Part shown: piece after piece, positions 43,601 to 62,304 of the stretch
Position numbering within the stretch: the first letter of the stretch is position 1
Layout of the letters: each line of letters begins with the position of its first letter
DNA from: Auanema rhodensis
Taxonomy: Eukaryota > Animalia > Nematoda
Length of the DNA: 64,000 bases
Direction of reading: 5' to 3'
Assembly (NCBI GenBank): GCA_964057225.1
Contig: OZ059899.1
Location: 5,580,001 to 5,644,000, forward strand
Notes under the pieces: generated by a model
What the model was told of the DNA's origin: nothing
Database searches by the model: none
What the model saw: the letters and a program-made list of their open reading frames with translations, nothing else
Made by a program: the position numbers and the translations under genes

Positions 43601-46521
43601 TCAACATCAGCAACAACCCACATAGTATTTGGCTGAAAAAATTACAGTGTCAAATAAAAAAAAATAATTATACCATTGTAGAATCGTCGTCAGACTTAGT
43701 AAGATATTTCGCTTTCTCCATGACACATTGATTCTTTTCAGTGGTTGTTAAAGGATTAAACTGGGAAAGAGTCTTGGCCTTACAAGCTATAATGAAACAT
43801 TTTAAAACTTCCATTATGCTAGAAATCATACGTGAAACGTCAGTGAGGTCCAGATAGTTCTTGGTGGAAGGTGCATCTAAGACTCTTTTATTCAATCGTG
43901 GCATAACATCTTTTTGGTCTACAAGCCAATTTCCAACATTGGCACGGTCAGTGAGTTGCCCCTTTTGAACGGCTCTTTGAATCTTTGGGGTAATTTTCAT
44001 TACTTCAAGCATCACAGTTTCTTCAAATTTGTCTCCCTTGATCTATTAAAAAAACATAAATAGTAAATTTTTAGCAAAAAAAAACTCACTCCAGCTTCTT
44101 CCAATGGAAAACCATTAAGAAGGACTTGAGGTGCTTTTCCGATAGCTGTGTTTTCCAAAAATTCTGCTCCAACCTGATCAAATAGAAAATATTACAATAA
44201 ATTAAAGAATGTTAGAATATTACATTACGTCCCTTATCATAATCAGAGTTGGGACCAAACACATCATCATAATCAGCATCAGCATAATTATTAACGAACC
44301 ATTTCTTGATATCTTGTGCCGAGATCGTTGAACGAGTTCTATATGGATCGAGCATCTGAATTATCACTATAAGATAATTAAGAAGCGAAAGTGTGTACAC
44401 CTTGTTAATAGTACGTAAAGCATCCTTGATTGAAGAATCAATAGAAAGGAAATTAAATAAGTTCAAGATAGCAACTCCAGCGTCGTCTTTTCCGCTAACA
44501 GATTTATCGTTGTTCACAGCAAAAACTATTCCAATTCTAAAATAAAAATATTCTATATATTTTATAGGATAAAAAACCTTAAAGGAATTTCATGTTGGTA
44601 GAAAGACATAGCAATTCTAAGCAAATTACGACTATCTTTATCAACAGGATCGATGACGAAAACCTAGGTGAACATAAGTTAATCTGATCAAAATTGTAAA
44701 CTTACCAAAGTAAACAAATTTCTAGCAATCGGCCTAATCATACCAGGATAATATGGCTGAAGCATAAGCTTAACACTGTTTCCCCATTGCTTGTATTGAG
44801 CATCGGTATCCAAGTTGTTCAAATACTGAAGAATCACAACATTTCCAAAATGCAATTTTAAATAAAACTTACGAATGGATAAGCTTCTCTATAGTCAATA
44901 GCATAACTAACTTTCTCCTCAGATAGGTCCAGTCCCACAAGAATAGATAGATATTCACGCTAAAAATAATTTAAATATTAGTTTTAAATTTTTTAAAATA
45001 TCCAAAAACATACTCTAAAACCCATATTGAAGAAACCATTGGCTAGTCTTTCCTCTTGTTTCAGTGAATCTACGAGTTGGAACATATCCATATTATCGAT
45101 ATCCATGTTGATTCCATTGAGAAATAAAGCTGTTTCTCCGGAATCAATTCCAATATCGGCAAAAGAATCTTTCTGATTACGTTCGATTTCCTTTCTTGTT
45201 TTGCTATCAACTGCTTCACGTGATAAAACGCGGGCGTGAAGTGGAAAGTTTTGAGCAAACTCTTTCAAAGCAGTTATTGCATGATCAGGGTCTTCCCGAA
45301 TAATTTTTTGAGCAGCCTAAAGTATTATTTCTCTTTTGTTCTCGTAAAAACAAGTTAAACCTGGAAGGATAAATCTTGCACTTCCCATTGTTTCAAAACA
45401 GCGAGTTCTTCAATTTCCTTTAAATGCATTCTAAAGCTTTGAAGAGCTTCCTTAGATTCTGGATGCAATTCTCTAAAGTAAATTAAATCAAATTAAAACT
45501 CATAAAAACAATCTAACTTCAAAAGCTTGAAGTTAAAACCATTTAAATCTTCTTCATCTTCTTCTTCAACGTGTTTTTTATTGCTGTCATCTTCAGCTTT
45601 GTATTCAGTATTTTTTATAGCTAGCTCTACACCATATCCAGATAAAGAGACTTTGTTAACATTTTGGTCCTAAAAAATTTTATTTTACAACTTAACCGAA
45701 AGAAAAAGAACTCACTCGTCTAAAATGGCGTAAAACATACTGCGTTTTGCCATCTTTTACTAATGCTCGAGTCTGACGATGTAGCTCTCTCCATTCAGGT
45801 GATCCAATATCTCCATATACAATGGTAACAATTTCACTAGCATGATTGGAGGGGAAAATATGATCAACGGATAATAACCCAGTAGGCCTATGAAGCAAAT
45901 ATTATATGAATGAACTATGAAATCATCAAACTTAGTGCTGGCAGCTTCAACAGCTTTAATCAGTTCACCAGCAGAACATCCAACGTGTCCGTGTACATCA
46001 AAGAAAGCAGGACAAGAAACGTTGTTATATTCAGAACCTATCTGAAAAACTAATGTTTTTAGTTTATCACTAATTTAATCAAACCTGTTGGAAAAGTTGA
46101 ACAAGTGGTGAAAAGGATCTTAGTGAAATAGATAGACGGAGAATGTCCATAGAGGATTCTCCAACCAAAGAAGCAGCTTGTTTCATAGCCATATCATACT
46201 TCTTCTCTTGAGTTACTGATAATATATGAGATGTTAAACATCATCATAATAAAAAGAACTCACAACTTTCCCAATTTAATGTTTCTGTTTTCTCAGAGAT
46301 TAGTTGGACAAAATCCCAAAATGTCTTGTTGCCTTCTTTAGCAATAAATTCACTAAATTTATATATATAAACATATAATTTATTTTGAAAAATATATACC
46401 TAGTTTCGGCAATCAACGCGGTTGATTCCCATTTTGCGTTAAGAGTGACGGCTACGGATTTCCCTGCTGGATCAGCTGCATAGCTACCTACCAGAAGTAG
46501 GCAGCTTAACACTAGCCACAT
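40638..46521 (-). CDS. uggt: UDP-glucose:glycoprotein glucosyltransferase (UGGT)
   Basis: Signal peptide [15 protein letters not shown] and [20 protein letters not shown]. The C-terminal GT24 domain has [50 protein letters not shown] and NLDQDL, followed by [11 protein letters not shown]. The protein ends in the ER-retrieval-like ...SHQEL* (TGA at 40638-40640). Paralog identity (uggt-1 or uggt-2) was not determined. Confidence 0.95.
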
Positions 46522-46735
46522 ACTGAAGAAAAATATAAAATTACATGAATTTGAAACATGAAGTATATGGAATCGTATTGTAACGTTAATAATAGAAATA
46601 TCAATACAATAGAGCTGGCATTGAATTTATTGTATTCACAACTCTGAAATACGAACATCAAAGAGACCATGTTACACATATTATTAAAACAATTCATTCG
46701 TTGCTTGCTGAAAATATAGTAGGGAAATGCAAAAA

Positions 46736-47392
46736 TCACAAAATTAACCTACTTCGAGCAATCATCATTTTATTCCAGCCGCCTCTTCCGGGGTCAAAAT
46801 CTTTTCTGTACTCATCACGAACCTTAACAAAATGAATACATAGCAAAACTAAGATACAAACAAACCTGTCCACCATGTTTACCACGTCCATACTGTCTTC
46901 CTTCTATAAATCCAGCATCCCAATCAGCTCTAATCACACGATCATCTAATCTAGTCCCATTTACACATTTTATAGCATTTTCAGCTTCTTCACGAGTATA
47001 ATACCTTCAACAAGTTGAATGCAACATATGAAAAAGTATTACTGACTCTATGAAACAAAAACCACAAGGAGTTTTTTTGAATCGATCTAATCCCATAATA
47101 ACACGCTTGACAATGCCTGCCCTACCAAACAATTCATAAACCTGAACGTTATCATTGGTTATTCGATAAAAGGCAACTCTTAAAAATTTACCTGTTCTTC
47201 CCGTGTATAATAGGAAAGATTACCAACATATAATGTTGTTGAAGATTTTAAAGCGAATTCTTGATCTTTTAAGGTGCCCTACGATTGAAAGTTTTTGCAT
47301 AACGGCTGTCATTGAATTACCTGATATCTCTGATCACGATAGGCACTATGAGAGTTCCGCTCTTTCAAACGAAGAAACGGATCAAAACTCAT
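46736..47392 (-). CDS. ncbp-2: Nuclear cap-binding protein subunit 2 (CBP20)
   Basis: [10 protein letters not shown]...[22 protein letters not shown]...[20 protein letters not shown]...[37 protein letters not shown], a near-invariant CBP20 sequence. The exact C-terminus is slightly uncertain. Confidence 0.95.
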
Positions 47393-47691
47393 TTAATAAC
47401 TGAAAAAAATAGCTTAATATCTACTAAACAACAAATATAAAAATATTTCAAATTTATTATTGCTACGTCAACTAAACATTTTCATTGGTATACGTAGTTG
47501 TTCGTTCGACCAAAAATGTTTCGCACAATTTTAAAAATTCAAAATTTGAAATTGTATTCAAAAAATCGGGGACATATCTCACAGCGTGATCATATTTTTT
47601 AAAACGAACATTTTGTTTATGGTTAATTGATTTCTGGAATGTACAAGTTTTGATCAATGCTTACTCTGTATTTTACAGGGTATTTTGAACA
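47393..47691. promoter_or_regulatory. Probable bidirectional promoter between ncbp-2 (-) and the TTF2-like gene (+)
   Basis: About 300 bp separate the divergent start codons. Each side has an unpaired acceptor just upstream of its ATG: TTTTCAG on - near 47400-47406 and TTTACAG on + at 47672-47678. Confidence 0.65.
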
Positions 47692-50600
47692 ATGTCTAGC
47701 AAGAAAACACCTCGTCGAAAAGTAATCATATCTTCAGATGAAGAGGACTCAATCGAGGGATCAGAACACATGAAAGTAAGTGTATATTATATACTATATA
47801 TGGGTTGTAACAATAATTTTTTGAGTATGGTAATGGCGATGATGAAGTTGTTAGCTCAAGTTTTAGAAATGGAACTGGTTTAGATAAAGAGTCTACTAAG
47901 GTTTATATACATAATTGAAAATTGCAAGAATATGCTTATAGGAAAATTCATTCCAGTCGTTCGCGTCATCAACACCGATGACGAAACAAAGCCAGAGTCG
48001 TCGAGTAATAATGTACTTCCCTTGTTCAATTCCTAACATAAAAATTTATAGTTTTCTGACGAGGGTGAAATTAGTGCTATTTTCTCAGAATCATTCGATT
48101 CGATGTCTATCACTTCTCCTATTGATAGCTCAAGAAAAGACTCTCAAGGTTCGCATCCTACCTTGTAATATATATATATGTATATTAATGTTAAGATGAT
48201 GAGGAACATGATCGTAGCCGAAGCTTTGTAAAGTCTGCCGAAAGTAAGTCGATCCAAAAAAAAAAGAAAACCCTTGATATCTTTAAAGAAGAGGCTGTGA
48301 TGTCTCCTTTTTCGCAAAAGCTTTCTCAGAAATCAGATGCTGTTTCTAAACAGAAATTACGTGAACGTATGTTCCGTAAAGCAGTAGCAGCCAAGAAACA
48401 AGTAAGGACCATTTCATGATGTAAATAACACATATTTAGGTATATGATAGTCCAATATCTAAAAGATATAGCACCGCCAGTTCTACACAGAATATATCAA
48501 TGGTAGTGTATTATGAACATGGTTATTTTAATAGTACAAAGTGTTTTAAGACCTCAGTCAGTTCAGCAAAGGATAACGAATGTTCAATGGTTTCTACCTC
48601 TTCACAATCGTATTTGTTTCGTCAAGTTTTAATGTTGTCAATTTTTGTTTTTCTAGAGTTACCTCTCAAGTATCGAGCAGTTCTATGCCAAAACCCAACG
48701 AATCTAAAGTATGTTTCTAGATAAACTAGATTTTATTACTTATGTTATAAACGATTTTTAGAGTAGAAAAGTGTTGAACATGGACGATTTGTTTGAATCT
48801 CCTATGAGTTCAAGCAATCGCTCGGTGAGCAATTCATCCTTATCCTCTTTGAAGTCATTCAATACAGAAGATAGGTTTGTCTAATTTAACAAAAAATCAA
48901 AAACCGGAAAAAAATTTAGAAGCAAATTTTTTACTCCTCGGAAGGTCGTTGTTGCATGTGATAGTGATGCGGAGAATGAAGAAGACGATGATGATGATGT
49001 TATCAATCTTTCAGAAAATTATGACTCTCAAAACAATTCAAATTTATCAGAAGATCAAGTAAATATATTTTTTTCAATATCATCGCTTTATGTTTTTTTA
49101 TCAATATTCAGGTAGAAACTTCTGACATTATGCTAGATAGCAAGACAGGAGAAAAAGCTGAAGATAGTCTTCATGATGAAGATGATGGAACGGATTCCAA
49201 AGATGATGGCGATTCGGAAAGACTTGATACTGATGAAGAAAATGAAGAAGCCCATTATGTCGATGTTCAGGAAACTGTGGATGAGAGTTTTAATAAATTC
49301 AATTCCGGTAGTAACGTTGAGGAAGCTTATATATCTGAATCAGAATCAGTCCCCAGCCATGAGTATGTTTATGATTCACATAACATATTCCATTTTCGTA
49401 CTAAAGAGCAAGTTCTCCGTCTATCGTTATTCTAAGTGACAGTGAAGAAGAAGAGGATAATTCGGCTAAACCTGCTCCTAGCGTACAAGAACGCTCAGTT
49501 CCGGTTCTAATGCATTATAGAAAGCAAATTGTGAAAACTCAATTCTTTAGATTACAACTAAGCCTTTAAATGTAGTTGAACCTATACAAGAAAACAGTTC
49601 ATTAAAAAAAGTAGTTTCTCCTTATCAAAATGAATCCATGGAGCAGTTAGAAAATCGTCGTACTCTACTACAGGTTCGATTTCGCAATCTTGAAATTAAG
49701 AAACTAAATAATTGCAGAAAGCGTTTTCGAGAATTAACATAAGTGATTTACCAGATGGAGGAGCAAAACTGAAAGCTCAATTAGCTGAGCTGGATAGAAT
49801 AATACAATCAAGAAATGAGCCCAAAAAATATTTACCTGAAATAGTAAATAGTTTTTATCTGCTCTGTAAACACAATACTTTAGGAAATTCTTAATGTTGT
49901 GGAGTCTCCATCCGGTGCCGGACGCGTGCCTCTACGTCCTCTGCCTGATGTTAGAAAACTTACATTTTTAAGTTTAATATCTGCAATTTAGATTGTTGAA
50001 ATCACTTCGCCTGAAAAACGTGGACCTCTGGTATTGGAGCCACCTAAGTTTAATCCAGATATGTATAATAAATTACTCGCAAGTATGTTTTATATGAGCG
50101 AATTCGATGAAGATGCTATATATTGCAGAAGATACTAACCGTTTGTTTGGTGGCAAAATGACGGAAAACCGTTTTCAAAAGGTACAGAAAATAACGGACC
50201 ACGTGCTTCAAAATTTTCATCAGTATGCTTGTTGGCATGATGTATCCTATATTAATCTATTGAAGAGCTTTGAACTCAGCCCCTGATGAGCAAGATAAGG
50301 TTGAAACTCCTAGGGGTTTACGGATAGAATTGATGGAACATCAAAAGCAAGGTTTAGCTTGGATGCTATGGAGAGAATCACAATCCCCGCCTGTGGGAAT
50401 TTTAGGTAAACAATTTTTTTTTGAATTTTAGTTCATTCTATTCGATTCTTTAGCTGATGATATGGGTTTGGGAAAAACTCTGTCTATTATTTCTCTTATT
50501 GTTCATCAGAAGAATGAGCGTATTAAAAGAAAGGAAGATGGAAATGATGATATAGACAAACGAAGAAAAGAAGCAGCTAAAACAAATGGGTAAATGACTA

Positions 50601-52885
50601 AAATACATGCATAAAATAATTTTTTTTTTTAGATTAATGTCTTCTAATGCTACCTTGATTGTGGCTCCGGCTTCTCTTATTTATCAATGGGAATCTGAAG
50701 TTGAGAGAAGAGTGAAGCATGATCGATTATCTGTTCACGTCTTCCACGGTCCTAAAAATAAGCGTGAATCGGATGCTAGAAGGTTAGTTATAAAATTGAA
50801 ACTGCTGATTATAATTATTATTTGCAGATTAGCCAGTTACGATATTGTTATCACAACATATAATCTTGTTGGTACCGAATTAACTGAGAAAGTTATTATT
50901 GTAAATATTTCCCTTTCTCATTGCTTATCACCTAGTACTATTTATAGGGTAACTCAGACTCTGATTCTGATGATGGTTCAGGAGTTGGTAAAAAAAAATC
51001 AAAAAATAAGGTTAGTTCAAACTTAAATGAATGTTTATTTTTCTCCTTCAGATTGCTAAGAATTCGGACTCTATTCTTGCTAAAATTGCTTGGAGCAGGA
51101 TTGTGCTAGACGAAGCACATGCTATTAAAAATAAGGCTACTTCGGCTTCCAAGGTGTGTTTATATATACTAGGAAATATTTGAGTTCAATTAATTAAGGC
51201 TGCATGTCGTTTGTCGGGCAATGCTCGTTGGTGCTTGACTGGAACACCTATTCATAACAATCTTTGGGATCTATATAGCTTAATTAGGTAAAATTTTCAA
51301 AAAATTCAAATTTTATTTTTGTGTCAGATTTATGAGAGTTACTCCTTTTGATGAAGAGAAGCATTGGAAAGAATTTATCATGGTCGGTTCTCGTAAGTTC
51401 CCAATTCATTATTGATTTGTTATAATAATACAATTTAGAAAAAGCGGCTGATAGACTGAATATGCTAGTGAAAAACTTGCTCCTTCGTCGAACTAAATCT
51501 CAAATTTGTGCACAAACTCAGAAACCTCTGGTGGATCTTCCTTCTAAAATCATTAAGCGGCATGATTTAGTTCTTGAAGGAATCGAAGGGAAAATTTATG
51601 ACATCATGTTCACTGCTACTCAGTTTGTTTTTGTTTTTAATCTTTTACATCATTGGTTTGATTCAGACAAAAAGTTAAGCAAATGCTTTCCGAAGAAGAA
51701 GATCAACGACATGCGCAAATTTATGGAATTCATCGTAAAAAGCGTCGTGATAAAGGAGAAGAGATCATTAATCCTTTCAACTGTAGGAAATCACAGAAAA
51801 TAACATATAATAAGTAGTTTCAGTTGGACCTAGAAAAATAACCGAAAATGATCGTTTTCAACAAATGTCCGGAATGCTTGTTATGCTTTTAAGACTTCGT
51901 CAAGCTTGTGTTCACATGCATCTTACTCGCCAGGTTTATAAAATTCATTGATGTTCAACTACATTTATCTTTATTAGGCTGTTGATATGAATGCTTTCGA
52001 TAATATTAATGGTGGTACAGATGATGTGGATACTATCCTTGAACGGACAATGGCTGAAATGACTATTCACGAAGATTTTAAAGGGGAAGAAGATAATGGA
52101 GAAACCGCTGAAGCAGTTTTCGAGAACACACATCTATCTTGTAAGGTATACAGTGCTACTCAATGCTTTCGTTCTTTAAAATTTCTTTTCAGCTCAAAAA
52201 ACTGATGGAAATTATTTCCTCAATGGATGCAAATGATAAACTGTATGTTTTAATTCGTAACCTTTTTAAATGATAGAACATATCAGGGTAATCGTATCTC
52301 AATGGACATCGTTGTTAGATATTGTTGAGATTCATATTAAAAATATGAAAATTAGTTATACTAGTATTACTGGAAAGGTTTTGCCTTCCGACAGGTATGT
52401 TTCGTAGATTTGAAAAAAATGATAGTGGGATTTAAGACAAGTTCGTGTTGATGATTTCAATAAGAAGAATGAAGGAGCCAGAATAATGCTTCTCTCTTTA
52501 TCCGCAGGAGGTGTGGGCCTCAATCTCATTGGAGGTTAATTACTATTATATTTATCCTTGGCATCGTTCTAATATAGGTAATCATTTGGTACTGGTGGAT
52601 TTACATTGGAATCCCGCATTGGAAGCCCAAGCTTGCGACAGAATCTATAGAATGGGCCAAACAAAGACTGTATATATTCATAGACTTGTTGCCACAGGCA
52701 CTATTGAACAACGGGTTCTGGACTTACAAAACAAAAAGCTTGAATTAGCCGGTGCTGTTCTCGACGGGTTCGTCATTATTATTTATATGCTCAGCGTAAT
52801 TCACTGTTTCAGAGCTGCCAGCAAGAAGATGAACAAATTAACCATGGCAGATTTGAAGTATCTCTTTGATTTGAATGATAGATAA
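47692..52885 (+). CDS. SNF2-family ATPase, TTF2/Lodestar-like transcription termination factor
   Basis: Long acidic, Ser-rich N-terminus, then [75 protein letters not shown] and [37 protein letters not shown]. No RING insert, which is consistent with TTF2. Confidence 0.88.
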
Positions 52886-53382
52886 ACAGGTCCTAGCCAT
52901 TTTGCTCAACCATGTTTTATAACAATACTTATGTTCCAATTTATCTCCCTATATTAGCTGTGTAGATATTGTATCTGTAGAAATTGAGAAAATGTACTTG
53001 CATGTGTTATGTAAAAAATTTATCCAATTAAAGAGAAGAGTTTTATTTGCAACTTACATATTAAGAAAATCGTTGAAGTTTATGTTTAGTTTCAAAATAA
53101 ATTGTAAATTAGCCCAATTTTCAACATGACATAGATTATTTTTTGTTTCCAACTTAATATAAGTTGACAAATGGACCTATTTTTCAGTTAGATTAAACAA
53201 ACACAGTTTCAATATTCCGAGTTGTGTATTTTATTTTAGATATTAGTAAATAGCGTCAAGGCGAAAATGGATTCGCACAGTGTTACATATATCGTTTGAA
53301 AAACTTTTAGATATAATAGTTGAGTTAATATCTTCTAATAACGTATATATCTTATTCAACTTTTAATTAAAGTTTTGTAGGC

Positions 53383-54012
53383 ATGTCCTCGACCAATCCT
53401 GATCTTTTAAAAACAGATAACTTAGAAGGCTTAAGAGAAGGAGAAATTTTTGTTGACAAGGACACCGGAAAAAAATATAAAGTTCGTAAAACCATTTTAC
53501 CCCATTATGCATCTTCTGGTCCCCACGGTCTAGGTATATTTGTAAATTCGGCGTATATTACTATTATTTTTTTCAAGGAGATCCTGATGATCGCACTCTA
53601 AGAAAAATTGAAGCTGATGTCATCATACCTAATCGTATGAATGCTAAAATTGAAAAGCAGGAGTGTCGTGCACAATACCTAGGTGATTAAGTATAGGTTT
53701 GAATGTTAACAAATGCCTACTTATAGATTTGGTAAAATGTATGCAAGCAGATGGAGGGGTTAAAGGGCTTCAATCTTGCAAACCTTCTTTGGCAATTTTC
53801 AATAAATGTAAATATGACAAGTTAGACTTTTTATTACATTCTCATCTATTTAAATTTGCTTAAGATTCCATGACCACGATTTTCGTAGCCAAATTACTGA
53901 TGAGTATATTAAAGAAAGATCGGAAGCTCGTCGCACTGGAATGACTGATAGACAACGGAAATTGGAAGAATATAGACAGTGGAAACAGCAACAAGAAGCT
54001 ACAAAACAATGA
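53383..54012 (+). CDS. COX assembly mitochondrial protein, CMC1-like twin CX9C protein
   Basis: Spliced frame ...GPHGLGDPDDRTLRKIEADVIIPNRM...CRAQYLDLVKC...CKPSLAIFNKC...EYIKERSEARRTG...*. Two exact CX9C motifs plus the GPHGLGDPDD/LRxxE signature. Confidence 0.85.
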
Positions 54013-54178
54013 AATAGTTGAAGAAATTTTGTCCTTGTTTTCAAAATACAGCATAGATTATAGATTTCGTAAATAATTCATAAATTTCTTTTCTGCTTCC
54101 AGTTATCATACAAGTTTGTGCTTGTGGAGTATATATTAATGATGTATTAGTTTTGAAAGTTCAATCATTATATTAGAA

Positions 54179-56935
54179 ATGGAACTTTGCCATCTTTGTA
54201 ATGTGAATGTTCCATCAGACCCCGAAGCAAAAGAACTACATGAGGTTTGTTTGTTTTCTTGTGATACCTACAATGTCTCTTATTTTCAGTCCGGGAAGAA
54301 ACATATACGTTTTGAAGCTGCGCACAAAGAATTAATGAATATAACTGAAAAGTCTGTGTTTTTGAAGTGGCCAACTAAATTACACATTACTAGAGAATGT
54401 ATTCTAAGTGCAGTAGAGAGCAAAGTTTGTTGACTGATAATTTCAAGTTCACTATATGTTTTCAGTTTGGAAAAGTTCATAGATTACTGTTCCGTAACGA
54501 TTCTAATTATGCAATCGTAGAGTTTGAAGAAGCTGCAAGTGCTAATAAAGCTATTGAACTATCACAAATTTTGGTTAATGAGGTTTTTGATGAGATATAA
54601 CGAGTTTGTGAATTGTAAATATTCAGGGAACTATAACTATTCAAAAAAGAAAGTTGGACTTCAATAATTCAGTTGAACCGAAAAACATTGATGTTAATAA
54701 TGTAATTTATTTTGGGTTGCAGATATGATTTAATTTTTTTACTTAAGGTGATTCAAAAAGCCAACGATACTTCAAGTAGCTTAATTGAGCAAATCGATAG
54801 TATAATAGATAGTATTGTAATTTCTGCTGAACAGGTATTTTTGAACTGAAGTTTTAATCCCATTGTATTTTTATTAGATGGCTATTCGAAATGGATATAT
54901 GGAAAAACTTCAATACGAACTCAACAAATATTTTAGAGGTGCTAGTGTAAAAATGTTTGGCTCAAGTATAACTTCAATTGGAACTATTGATTCTGATATT
55001 GTATACATATATTGGTTGCAAAGCTTATATTTTTTCTTTTGTCAGGATGCAAGTCTTGAACTATCTAACGAATCCAATGAAAGTGATTGTAAACGCGACA
55101 AATTTGCATTAATGACAGGCGATGCCTTACTGTTTGCTGGGAATAGAGTTAATTATCCAGAGATGAAAAGACTAAGTTCCGCAGGTAATGAAAGAAATTT
55201 CGCTTTTGAATATATGATTTCAATTTAGATAGGGCTCGTTTTCTATGCAAAATTTTAAACGAAATTCGTAAAAATGTTTCTTGGTTAGGGCATCAAAGAC
55301 CTGTGCTTGATGCTCGATGCCCTGTAGTTCGATTTACGGTCAACAAAAAGGTTTATATTTATATCAGCATTATAGTTTTGATAATCATATTTTAGACAAT
55401 AATTGACTTATCGTTCGATAATCGTCTTGGAAGAGCCAAATCGGAATATCTTCGTACTTTAATTACAACTGACAAAAGTGGTAATCTGCGAAGATTGCTT
55501 ATTGGCTTTCGTTTCTGGGCTTTAACAAATCAACTCTTTGAGCCACTACCCAAACAACATGTAATTTTTTCAATAACTAGTTTTAATATTTTCGTTATTG
55601 TCACAGAAGGGGCATTTCAATGCATATATGTTGAATTTGCTGTTGATCAGCTATTTAATAACCAGAGGTGTTATTCCTTCATTGTCACATACGGAAACAG
55701 AGGTTTGACTTAAATACATGATCTGTTGTAATTTCCTCTTCCATATAGGATGTAGCAGAAAATTGGAGAATAGATTATACGGTACCATCCTTCGACTTGA
55801 GTGGGTTAGACTTCTCAACGTTTTTCAAAGTACGGTTCTTTCGAATTAAGATATAAAGATTTCCTTCAGGATTTCTTCATTGATTTTGTTGCTTCAAAGC
55901 CCGATCAAATAGTATATACTTTAAGAGGATCTGGAACTATTCCTTTAGAAACGTTCTCATCTTCTGAACCACCTAAAGAATTTAAAGTAGCGTTCATGAA
56001 TGTTCAGGTAGTTTTTCTCATTTTTTAAAAATTACGAAATCGGTTTAGGATCCTCTTGAACTTTCGCATAATGTGTGCCAAAATTTATGTCAGAAAATGA
56101 TATCTTTAATGAAAAGACGAATGACTTATTCTCTATCTGTCCTGAAAAAGCCTCGGTTAGTATTCTTTATTTTATTGAAAAAACAACACTCATATATTTT
56201 TTAGTCATACTTTTTGTGATTTGCTTGATTTATCTGAAGTGAAATCAGATTCTAATGATTCTACTCAATCTAAAACTATTAGTGCTCGTTTTAAAGTTCC
56301 TGATGCAATTTCGGTGAAGGCAAGTTGATTTGAATTTTTTGTAAACTTTGTTTAACCATTTCAAGATGTCTATGGAATCTATCACAAATGTAATCAAAAA
56401 AATCCTTCAAAATATTCTTGGATTTGATGAAGATCTTCAACCATCTTTCAAAAAGCTTAAAATGACCGATGAAAATCAAGTCATGTTGGGTACTTATGAT
56501 ATAAAGCACGAGCTTTGGGTTGGTAGAAGACAAATTAAAAAGAATGTAATAGAAAAATGTAATGCATCTGGTAATGGTAAATTACTAAGTGGATTAGAGC
56601 TTGAGCGTGAAGTAAGACAGTTATAGGTAATGCAATGTGTAATACAAATTTTTTTTCAGATTTCGTTGGCTTTAAAGAAAAAAGCAGGTAATGGTACGTT
56701 GTCGGCAAAGGCAACTGTTGGTTTATCTCTAGATGCTGGTCATATAATGTATTTTAATCTGTTTTTTTAATTAAATAATAACTCTTATTTCAGAGTCTCA
56801 CTTTATCCTCTGGAAGGAACGGAATTCTTGTTCAGCACCATTATTCACTTCCTTGATCAACTCCTTCAGAATAAATCTGAAGAAATTTGCAATGATATTG
56901 TGGAGCACCCGGGCGAAGAAATGATTGTTGATTGA
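54179..56935 (+). CDS. Terminal uridylyltransferase / non-canonical poly(A) polymerase, TUT1 (Star-PAP; U6 TUTase)/usip-1-like
   Basis: N-terminal zinc finger CHLC...HESGKKH, an RRM (KFGKV...YAIVEFE), nucleotidyltransferase FGSS...DSDID, ARCPVVRF and PAP-associated QDPLELSHNV. This ZnF-RRM-NTase order is characteristic of TUT1. Confidence 0.85.
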
Positions 56936-56986
56936 TTGTTAAATGTTCCTGATTTTAATATCGTTTGATCTCGACTTTTATGTTTT

Positions 56987-57086
56987 AATAAATTCTTATT
57001 TTTATATTTGTAATGATTTTATTGGTTTAACAACCCTATTATATTGAAATTTTAATTTCTTCATAATTTCTAATAGTTAATTTCAG
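56987..57086 (+). promoter_or_regulatory. Operon intercistronic region: poly(A) signal followed about 95 nt later by a trans-splice acceptor
   Basis: AATAAA at 56987-56992 after the TUT1-like stop, a U-rich spacer, and TTTCAG at 57081-57086, 8 nt before the ELP3 ATG. This matches the ~100-bp nematode operon spacing. Confidence 0.7.
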
Positions 57087-57094
57087 TCTTTATA

Positions 57095-62303
<5,209 letters not shown>

Positions 62304-62304
<1 letters not shown>
